Shown here piece by piece: positions 57,081 to 64,000 of a stretch of 64,000 bases of DNA (position 1 is the first letter of the stretch; every line of letters starts with the position of its first letter). Made by a program: the position numbers and the translations under genes. The stretch is from Burkholderiales bacterium. GTDB lineage: Bacteria > Pseudomonadota > Gammaproteobacteria > Burkholderiales > Casimicrobiaceae. Below the pieces are notes generated by a model. The model made no database searches. It saw nothing but the letters and a program-made list of their open reading frames with translations, and was not told the DNA's origin. The stretch is from the NCBI GenBank assembly GCA_016790165.1, contig JAEUPL010000017.1, forward strand, positions 18,983 through 82,982, written 5' to 3'.

Positions 57081-57521
57081 ATGCATGGCCAGTGTCTCTG
57101 CGGGCAGGTTTCGTTTGCCATCGACGCACCGCTGCTCAAGCTGTATCGGTGCCACTGCAGTCTGTGCCGGCGCCATACCGGCACGGCCGCCAATTGCGCT
57201 GCCATCGTTGATGCGGCGTGCTTTCGCTGGCTGACTGGCGATGGCCTGATCGCCTCCTGGAAAAAGGCGACCGGCTACCGGGCAGATTTCTGCCGCAGCT
57301 GTGGATCGCCGGTCCCCAACCGTTTGACGCTGCGCGATGCGTACTGGGTGCCGGCCGGGCTGCTTGATGATTCGGCAACGATGTCGGTGGTGGCCGACTT
57401 TCATCTCGACTCGCGGGCAGCGTGGGACAACGCAGCAACCGCTGCAGCGTCGTTCGCAAACTTCCCGGCGATTGACGAATTCTTCGCCCTGATGCACACC
57501 CCGGCACCGACAGCGGAATGA
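57081..57521 (+). CDS. GFA (glutathione-dependent formaldehyde-activating / CENP-V) family protein
   Basis: Internal ATG 57081. CLCG.V, CHCS.CRR, FC..CGS zinc-binding Cys pattern. Confidence 0.8.
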   Translation: MHGQCLCGQVSFAIDAPLLKLYRCHCSLCRRHTGTAANCAAIVDAACFRWLTGDGLIASWKKATGYRADFCRSCGSPVPNRLTLRDAYWVPAGLLDDSATMSVVADFHLDSRAAWDNAATAAASFANFPAIDEFFALMHTPAPTAE

Positions 57522-57602
57522 CGCTGATCACGCCCGCATTCCGTCTTACGGAGTGCGCCACGCGCGCAGCGCCCCCTTTTGACCGCTACTGATTGCAGCC
57601 CC

Positions 57603-58769
57603 ATGAGTGAGTTCCCCAGCATGCCTTCCGGCGCCACGCCCCCGGCGCCCTCCCCCGCCACCGCGCCGACCCCGCGGGAACCACAGCGCTTCGAGTTCAC
57701 CGGCAGCGGCGGCGAATATTTCCGCATCTGGATCGTCAACGTGCTGCTGACCATCGTCACGCTGGGCATCTACTCCGCCTGGGCGAAGGTGCGCCGACTG
57801 CGCTACTTCTACAACAACACCCGGTTCGCGGGCTCGAACTTCGACTTCCATGGTTCGCCCATTGCCATCCTCAAGGGACGCCTCATCGCGGTACTGCTGG
57901 TAGCGCTGATCAATGTGCCGATTCTCGGGCTGCTCGTGTTGTTGCTGTATTTCCTCGGTCTGCCCTGGTTGCTCTATCGCTCGTTGCGCTTCCACCTCGC
58001 AAACACCACCTACCGCAACCTGCGTTTCGCGTTCCTCGGCGATGCCGCGGGCGCCTACCGCGCGTTGCTGGTGCCGCTGGGTATCGTGATTGCAGCAGCA
58101 GTGATCAGCGGGTTAACCATGCTGGTGTCGCCATGGATCGGCGTGCCGTTGCTCATTGTCACGATGCTCGCGTTCTACGCGCTGGGGCCGTATCTGCAAT
58201 ACCGCATGCGGCGGTATTACACCGAAGGCGCTCGTGCCGGTGAGCATGCGTTTGCACTCCACGTCGGCGTTGGCCAGTACTACGCCGTTTACTTCGTCGC
58301 CTTCGCCTACATGATCGCGCTCGGCGTCATTGCGTCTGCGGTTGTTGGTTTGACACTCGGGCTCGATGTCCAGGCATTGGCACATCCGGAGCAATACCCC
58401 ATGGGCAAGCTGGTGGCCCTCTTCGTGATGGTCGGCGGTTTCTACATTGCGATGCTGGCGGTGGGACCACTGCTGATCGCCATGTTGCAGAACACGGTGT
58501 GGAAAGGCACATCACTCAACGGCCACCGGTTCTACTCCGATCTCGCGGTCCCCAATTTCATGGTGACATGGCTGGGCTTGACCATCGCAACGATTTTGAC
58601 GTTGGGTCTGTACCGCCCATTCGCCGCCGTCACGCTCGCGCGGCTGCGCGTCAACGCCATGGCGTGGACCGGCAACGCCGACGATCTGGTGGCGATCTTG
58701 CGGCAAGGCAGCCAGCAGGCCACCGGCGCCGAGGTGGCCGACATGATGGACATCGACATCGCGGTATGA
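57603..58769 (+). CDS. DUF898 (YjgN) family inner membrane protein
   Basis: ATG 57603 (track start 57579 is TTG). F.F.GSGGEYFRIWIVN.LLTI.TLGIYS.WAKVR..RYF diagnostic N-terminus, repeated in the C-terminal half. Confidence 0.8.
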   Translation: MSEFPSMPSGATPPAPSPATAPTPREPQRFEFTGSGGEYFRIWIVNVLLTIVTLGIYSAWAKVRRLRYFYNNTRFAGSNFDFHGSPIAILKGRLIAVLLVALINVPILGLLVLLLYFLGLPWLLYRSLRFHLANTTYRNLRFAFLGDAAGAYRALLVPLGIVIAAAVISGLTMLVSPWIGVPLLIVTMLAFYALGPYLQYRMRRYYTEGARAGEHAFALHVGVGQYYAVYFVAFAYMIALGVIASAVVGLTLGLDVQALAHPEQYPMGKLVALFVMVGGFYIAMLAVGPLLIAMLQNTVWKGTSLNGHRFYSDLAVPNFMVTWLGLTIATILTLGLYRPFAAVTLARLRVNAMAWTGNADDLVAILRQGSQQATGAEVADMMDIDIAV

Positions 58770-58782
58770 CGCGAGCCGCGCA

Positions 58783-59859
58783 ATGACGGTGCCGTCACCG
58801 GTTCCCGTTCGCTACTATCCTGCCACCGGCGCCGCGCGCGCCGTCCCGGGTGAACTGTCGCTGGGTGCGCCAGGCAAGCTGCAGTTGCGGCTGACCGACG
58901 ACGGCACCGTGCGTGAGTTGCCCGCTGGCGCACTGCGAAGTTCGGAGCGGTTTGCCAGCGCAACGCGTCACGTCCAGCTGCCCGACGGTGCCGTGATCGA
59001 GGTTGACGACGCCCTCGGGCTGTCGCATCTGCTGGCTGCCGCCGGTCAGCCCGAGCGAGCGGTCACGCGGTGGCAGCAGAGCTGGCGGGCCGTTGCGTTG
59101 GCGACGGTGCTCTCCGCGCTCGCGCTGGGCGCAGCGTGGCAATGGGTATTGCCCTGGGCCGCGGATCGCAGCGCGGCATGGATTCCAGTCACGTGGACGC
59201 AAGCACTGGACCGAGCCGTCATCGCCCAACTCAAGGCCACCGAGGGTTTGCAACCAAGCGCGCTGAGCGACGCCGAGCAGGCACGATTGCGCGCGCGATT
59301 CCATCAAGTGCTCGCAGCAGCCGGGCAGACCACCGCCGTCGAGATTCACTTTTTTCGCATGGGCGACACGCCGAACGCGTTCGCGCTGCCCGGGGGGAGC
59401 ATGGTATTTCTCGACGGTTTGGTCAAACGGGCGCCCGACGATGACGCGCTGATTGGCGTGTTCGCCCACGAGTTCGGTCATGTTCAGCACCGGCATGGCC
59501 TGCGCACGCTGCTGCGCACGGCCGCGATCACGGCGGTGGCCACCTGGTACTTTGGCGATTTCACGTCGCTAGCCAATGCGGCAATTCTGACCACACAACT
59601 GCGCTATTCGCGCGGCTTTGAAAGCGAGGCGGACGACACCGCGCTGGCCATCATGCGCGCCGTTCACGCCAACCCGAAATCACTCGCCGAGCTTTTTCGC
59701 CGCATGCGCGACGGTCACGCCGATGAGTCCCCAGCGCGAGACTCGCAACCCGTGGCAGACAAGGCGAACGCCAAACGCAAATCGCTGTCGATTCCGGAGT
59801 TTCTCAACACGCATCCCGACATCGAACGACGAATTGAGCGCTTCGAGCGCGCGCAATAG
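58783..59859 (+). CDS. M48 family metallopeptidase with an N-terminal soluble domain and TM segment
   Basis: HEFGHVQHRH zinc motif, FESEAD, NTHPD. Located 14 nt downstream of the DUF898 gene. Confidence 0.85.
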   Translation: MTVPSPVPVRYYPATGAARAVPGELSLGAPGKLQLRLTDDGTVRELPAGALRSSERFASATRHVQLPDGAVIEVDDALGLSHLLAAAGQPERAVTRWQQSWRAVALATVLSALALGAAWQWVLPWAADRSAAWIPVTWTQALDRAVIAQLKATEGLQPSALSDAEQARLRARFHQVLAAAGQTTAVEIHFFRMGDTPNAFALPGGSMVFLDGLVKRAPDDDALIGVFAHEFGHVQHRHGLRTLLRTAAITAVATWYFGDFTSLANAAILTTQLRYSRGFESEADDTALAIMRAVHANPKSLAELFRRMRDGHADESPARDSQPVADKANAKRKSLSIPEFLNTHPDIERRIERFERAQ

Positions 59860-59880
59860 CGCGGGCCGCTGCCGCGTCTC

Positions 59881-61413
59881 CTACACCGCGTTGCCGACGG
59901 TCTCTGTGGCCGCGGCCGACGCGGCAGCGAACGGCGGATGTGTCACGATGCTCTTCAACCGAGGCTGCGGCTCGCGCAGTTTCGCCAGGTCAGGCCGCGG
60001 GCGCCGCCGTCGCTCATGTCCCTTGAACGCCGCCTCCAACGCAGCGGCTGCGCCCAACAAGGCCCAATCACCGCGCAAACGGCCAATCATCTGCAGGCCA
60101 AAGGGCATGCCATGCTCGTCAACGCCGCAGGGCAGCGAGAGCGCTGGATTCGTGGCCAGCGTTGCCGTGTAGGCTAGCGCCATCCAGTGGTAATAGTTGC
60201 GCATGGCGACACCGTTGACGGTGCTCGCGTAGAGTTCGGTCCACGGGAACGGCGTGACGGAAATGACCGGGGCAATGATCACGTCGTAGTGCTCGAATGC
60301 GGCAGCAAAGTTGCGGGCGATGCGCGTTTGCGCCAGGTGCGCCCAGGCGCGGTCACCGAGCGTAATGTTGGCCGCAATTTCCACGTTGGCCCGCACGTTG
60401 GGGCCGAGCGTCTCCGGTGACGTGCGATACGTGTCGGCAAACGCAGCGTAAAAACTCTCGGCACGGAGGATGTCGAAAGCGCGGTCCGCATCGCCGGTCG
60501 CCAGTGCCACCGGTTCGCACAGCGCCACCAGGGGCCGGAGCGCCTCCACACGATCACGAAAGACGCGGCGAATCTCGTCGTCGACGATCGCCACGCCGAG
60601 GTCTTCACTGTAGCCGACGCGCAGGCTGGCGAGGTCAACCATCGGCAGCGAATTGCTGATCGATGGGTACGACAATGGGTCGCGCGGATCGAAGGCTTGG
60701 CTCGATGCCAGCAGCAGCGCCGTATCCGCGATGTCGCGTCCCATGGGGCCGAGCACAGAGATCGAGGACCAGCCGAGTGGCCGCACGTCGTTGGCGACGA
60801 GCCCCGGCGACGGCCGAAGCCCGACCACCCCGCAGTAGGCTGCTGGAATGCGCAGCGAGCCGCCCGTGTCGGAACCGGTGGCGAGCGGCAGCATGTCGGT
60901 GGCCAGCGCGGCAGCCGACCCCCCCGACGAACCACCAGCATTGAGCGCCGGATTGAATGGATTGCCTGTCGCGCCCCACACCGCATTGCGGGTGTTTGCG
61001 CCCGCGCCCATGTCGGGCACGTTAGTCTTCGCGATGACGATGGCGCCCGCCGCACGCAGGCGGGAAACGAGCCCGTTGTCGCGCGTCGGGACATTGTTGC
61101 GCAGGCCCACGTTGCCATAGGTGGTCAGCAGACCTGCCGTGTCCTGCAGGTCCTTCACACCCAGCGGCAAGCCGTGCAGCGGGCCCAGCGGGGCGCCACG
61201 CATGACCGCGGTTTCCGCCTGTCGCGCCGCTTCGCGCGCCCGCGCGAAATCGGTTGCGGCAATGGCGTTTATCGCCGGGTTCAAGGCTTCGATGCGTGCA
61301 ATACAGGCGTCCATCAGTTCGACCGGGGACAGCTGGCGCGCACCAATGAGTCGACGCAGTTCGACCGCCGAGTGCCCGCAAATATCGTGACCGAATGTGC
61401 TGGCTGCATTCAT
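59881..61413 (-). CDS. amidase (amidase-signature family)
   Basis: Internal ATG 61413. GGSSGGSAAALA signature, KD...T.G..T, catalytic Ser-cisSer-Lys context. Confidence 0.88.
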   Translation of the reverse strand: MNAASTFGHDICGHSAVELRRLIGARQLSPVELMDACIARIEALNPAINAIAATDFARAREAARQAETAVMRGAPLGPLHGLPLGVKDLQDTAGLLTTYGNVGLRNNVPTRDNGLVSRLRAAGAIVIAKTNVPDMGAGANTRNAVWGATGNPFNPALNAGGSSGGSAAALATDMLPLATGSDTGGSLRIPAAYCGVVGLRPSPGLVANDVRPLGWSSISVLGPMGRDIADTALLLASSQAFDPRDPLSYPSISNSLPMVDLASLRVGYSEDLGVAIVDDEIRRVFRDRVEALRPLVALCEPVALATGDADRAFDILRAESFYAAFADTYRTSPETLGPNVRANVEIAANITLGDRAWAHLAQTRIARNFAAAFEHYDVIIAPVISVTPFPWTELYASTVNGVAMRNYYHWMALAYTATLATNPALSLPCGVDEHGMPFGLQMIGRLRGDWALLGAAAALEAAFKGHERRRRPRPDLAKLREPQPRLKSIVTHPPFAAASAAATETVGNAV

Positions 61414-61417
61414 GGAG

Positions 61418-62413
61418 TCATTCCACGGTGATGTTGGCTTTCTGAACGTAGCTTTTGAGCAATGGCAGCTCGCGGTTGACGCGGGGCTCGTAGTCGCTGC
61501 CGGGTTGCCAGAGCACGTCGACACCGGCCTTCTGCAGATCAGCGCGGATCGTCGCGTCGGCGATGCTGTCGGCGAAAGCCTTGCTCAACGCAGCCTTGAC
61601 TGATGCCGCTGCGCCGCGCGGCAGCACGATGGTGATCCACGGCACCATTTCATAGTCCGGGTACCCGGCCTCGGCAATGGTCGGTACATTGGGCAGCGTT
61701 GGACTGCGCTGCTTTGACGTCACCGCAATCGCTTTGACCTTGCCCGCCTGAACCTGTGGTAGCGCCGCGACGTTGGTATCGAACGTCAATTGCACCTGTC
61801 CCCCGATCAGATCGGTCATCGCCGGTGCACTGCCTTTATAGGGTACGTGCAGGATGTCCACGCCCGCCATCACCTTGAACATCTCACCGGCAAAGTGGGA
61901 CGTTGTCCCGCTGCCAAACGAGCCATAGCTGAGCTTGCCCGGCTGGTTGCGCGCGAGGGCGACCAACGATTTCACGTCACTCACCGCCAGCGCCGGATTG
62001 GCCAGCAACACGAGTGGTGAGCTTCCAAGCGTGCCAATTGCTTCGAAGCTCTTGACTGGGTCGTAGCCCAGCTTCGGCTTGAGCGCCGGATTCACGGTAA
62101 ACGTGGTGTTCGAGCTAATCAGTAGCGTGTAGCCATCCGGTTGCGCCTGCGCCACGGCCGTCGCCCCGATCACCGTTCCTGCGCCCGCTCGGTTGTCTAC
62201 CACGACCGGTTGACCAAGGCGCTGGCTTATTCCCTTCGCGACGATACGGCCGACGGTATCCGTTGCGCCGCCGGGCGGATAGGGAACGACCAGCGTGATT
62301 GGCTTGTCCGGGAAGGCCGATGCCGATCCGGAGCTCAGCACGGTGGTGGCGCCAACAATGAGCGTCAGCGCAAGCAGCGAGCGACGTCGCGTAGTCAGTG
62401 AAGTTGATGACAT
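61418..62413 (-). CDS. Bug family tripartite tricarboxylate transporter substrate-binding protein (TctC-like)
   Basis: ATG 62413 with AAGGGAG SD. Signal with RRR. FPDKPITLVVPYPPGG.TD..GR, YKG.APA..DL.GG. Confidence 0.88.
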   Translation of the reverse strand: MSSTSLTTRRRSLLALTLIVGATTVLSSGSASAFPDKPITLVVPYPPGGATDTVGRIVAKGISQRLGQPVVVDNRAGAGTVIGATAVAQAQPDGYTLLISSNTTFTVNPALKPKLGYDPVKSFEAIGTLGSSPLVLLANPALAVSDVKSLVALARNQPGKLSYGSFGSGTTSHFAGEMFKVMAGVDILHVPYKGSAPAMTDLIGGQVQLTFDTNVAALPQVQAGKVKAIAVTSKQRSPTLPNVPTIAEAGYPDYEMVPWITIVLPRGAAASVKAALSKAFADSIADATIRADLQKAGVDVLWQPGSDYEPRVNRELPLLKSYVQKANITVE

Positions 62414-62449
62414 GATGACTCCCTTGGTGATCTTGAGTTCTTGCACGCC

Positions 62450-63577
62450 TTAACGCAGGCGTGATGGCGAAAACACGGCGACATCAACGCCAGCGGCACC
62501 TACCGACGCTGGCAATGAGGCGGCGCAGATCAACGCGCAGGCAAGCTCACTCGCGCCCGCAGCGCTCTGGATGCCATACCCGCCTTGGGCTGCCAGCCAG
62601 AAAAAACCCGGCGCGTGGTTGTCGAAACCGATCACGAGTTCACCGTCGTGTACGAATGAGCGCAAGCCCGCCCAGGTGCTCTCCGGTCGGCGAATGTTGA
62701 GTGTGGTTGCGGTCTGCAGGCGGTCGATACCGATGGCGATGTCGAGCGCTTCGGGCATCACGTCGTGCGGCACCGTATCGTCCGCATTCGCGGGCGATCC
62801 AAGCAAGCGCCCGGCATCCGGTTTGAAGTACCAACTTTCGTCGACGGCCACCACGGCCGGCCACGACGACACATCAACGGCGTCCGGTGCCTTGAACGTG
62901 AACGCGCTGCGCCGCCGCGGTGTGAGGCCGATGCGCGGCACTGCACACTGCGCCGCCACCTCATCGGCCCAGGCACCGGCTGCGTCGACCACCACCGTCG
63001 CTCGAACGGATTCGCCGTCCGTCAGGTCGAGGTGCCACGCGTCACCCCCGCGCCTGGCGCGAAGCATTTGCGTCCCGACACGCAGCGTGCCGCCCTGCGC
63101 CTTGAAGCCACGCAGAAAGCCCTGATGCAGCGCGTGCACATCAATATCCTGCGCCGCCGCCTCATACAGCGATGCGTGAACCCGTTCGGCGCGAAGGCAC
63201 GGAACACACGCCAGCGTCGCGGCCGCGTCGAGCAGTTGGACGACACCGCCCTGTGCCGTCAGCTCGTTCGTGGTATCCGTAAGTAGCGCCTCCTGACCGC
63301 GCATCGCCACGTACAGTGCGCCGCGCCGGGCCATCAGCGGCGTCTCGCAGAAACCATCGGGGGGCGCTTCATAGAACGCGCGGCTCGCCCGCGTCAATGC
63401 ACGCACGCCGGGTGGCCCGTAACTCTCCATGAACATGGCTGCGGAACGACCCGTCGAGTGCATGCCGGGCTGCGCCTCGCGCTCAATCAGCAGCACACTG
63501 CATCGCGAAGCGAGGCGCCACGCCAGCGACGCACCAGCGATGCCCGCGCCGACGATCAGGACATCAACGTCCAGCAT
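62450..63577 (-). CDS. FAD-dependent oxidoreductase (DAO / glycine-D-amino-acid oxidase-like)
   Basis: DVLIVGAGIAGAS dinucleotide fold. GGYGI near the C-terminus. 375 aa. Confidence 0.85.
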   Translation of the reverse strand: MLDVDVLIVGAGIAGASLAWRLASRCSVLLIEREAQPGMHSTGRSAAMFMESYGPPGVRALTRASRAFYEAPPDGFCETPLMARRGALYVAMRGQEALLTDTTNELTAQGGVVQLLDAAATLACVPCLRAERVHASLYEAAAQDIDVHALHQGFLRGFKAQGGTLRVGTQMLRARRGGDAWHLDLTDGESVRATVVVDAAGAWADEVAAQCAVPRIGLTPRRRSAFTFKAPDAVDVSSWPAVVAVDESWYFKPDAGRLLGSPANADDTVPHDVMPEALDIAIGIDRLQTATTLNIRRPESTWAGLRSFVHDGELVIGFDNHAPGFFWLAAQGGYGIQSAAGASELACALICAASLPASVGAAGVDVAVFSPSRLR

Positions 63578-63592
63578 GCACCAGGGCTCGAG

Positions 63593-64000
63593 TCACGCGG
63601 CAAACAGTTTCGCATGTTCCTGCCGCAGCAGGTTTTTCTGCACCTTACCCATCGCGTTGCGTGGCAAGTCAGCAACGATGAACACACGCTTGGGCACCTT
63701 GAAATTGGCAATCTTGCCTTTGAGGGTAGCGACGATGGCGTCGGCATCGAGCATCGCGCCTGGTTTGGCCACGACCACGGCGATCACGCCTTCGCCAAAA
63801 TCGGGATGCGGCAGACCCACCACTGCCGATTCAGCGACGCCCGTCATCTCGTTGATGTAGCCCTCGATTTCGGCGGGGTAAACGTTGTAGCCGCCGCTGA
63901 TGATCAAGTCTTTGCTGCGGCCAACGATGGTGACATAGCCGCGCCCATCGATCTTGCCCACGTCGCCGGTCTTGAACCAGCCGTCGGCGGTGAATTCTTC
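63593..64000 (-). CDS. AMP-dependent acyl-CoA synthetase/ligase, C-terminal part (5' end beyond window)
   Basis: The frame stays open to nt 64000 (..FTADGWFKTGDVGKIDGRGYVTIVGRSKD.IISGGYNVYP.EIE). The track M at 63961 is an internal Val codon. Confidence 0.85.
   Translation of the reverse strand, partial: EEFTADGWFKTGDVGKIDGRGYVTIVGRSKDLIISGGYNVYPAEIEGYINEMTGVAESAVVGLPHPDFGEGVIAVVVAKPGAMLDADAIVATLKGKIANFKVPKRVFIVADLPRNAMGKVQKNLLRQEHAKLFAA

Overview
High-G+C chromosomal segment. Coding stretches I hand-counted run about 65-73% G+C. The gene content looks like a Burkholderiales-type betaproteobacterium; this is an inference from two Bug/TctC-family binding proteins, the ffs-dnaX-ybaB-recR cluster, MltF, MurB and a fused indolepyruvate:ferredoxin oxidoreductase. 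I support 65 protein-coding calls (two cut by the window edges), one probable gene remnant, and one SRP RNA (ffs) that an ORF track cannot show. I found no tRNA, rRNA, CRISPR array, transposase or integrase. Most genes are ordinary housekeeping, metabolic or transport functions: MsrA, MurB, peptidases, a MacAB-like efflux trio, a LivFGHM-like ABC importer, IdnO/IdnD-like dehydrogenases, and an amidase/Bug/FAD-oxidase/acyl-CoA-synthetase operon. Many long ORFs in the track are antisense shadow ORFs typical of high-GC DNA, and several real genes start at internal ATGs or at GTG/TTG codons. Five observations deserve a second look. (1) Five copies of a previously unrecognised (to me) 118-bp AT-rich intergenic element are built from two inverted 59-nt arms, with conserved ends (TA)CAGCTTTTT / AAAAAGCTG(T) and a conserved centre AAGTCGACTT. 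(2) A low-GC single-gene islet encodes an AbiJ-like HEPN (Abi_C) protein, directly followed by a free-standing, catalytically degenerate GyrB-like GHKL domain. (3) A near-consensus sigma70 promoter plus a ~240-nt structured leader drives a translationally coupled pair: a secreted lipase-like protein and a membrane-anchored beta-rich protein of unknown family. (4) A LytS-type histidine kinase carries two C-terminal TM2 (GAHRFYVG) membrane domains. (5) An ECF sigma factor has Cys-rich CorE-like features and no anti-sigma gene. All family assignments come from reading motifs by eye, and none has been checked against a database.
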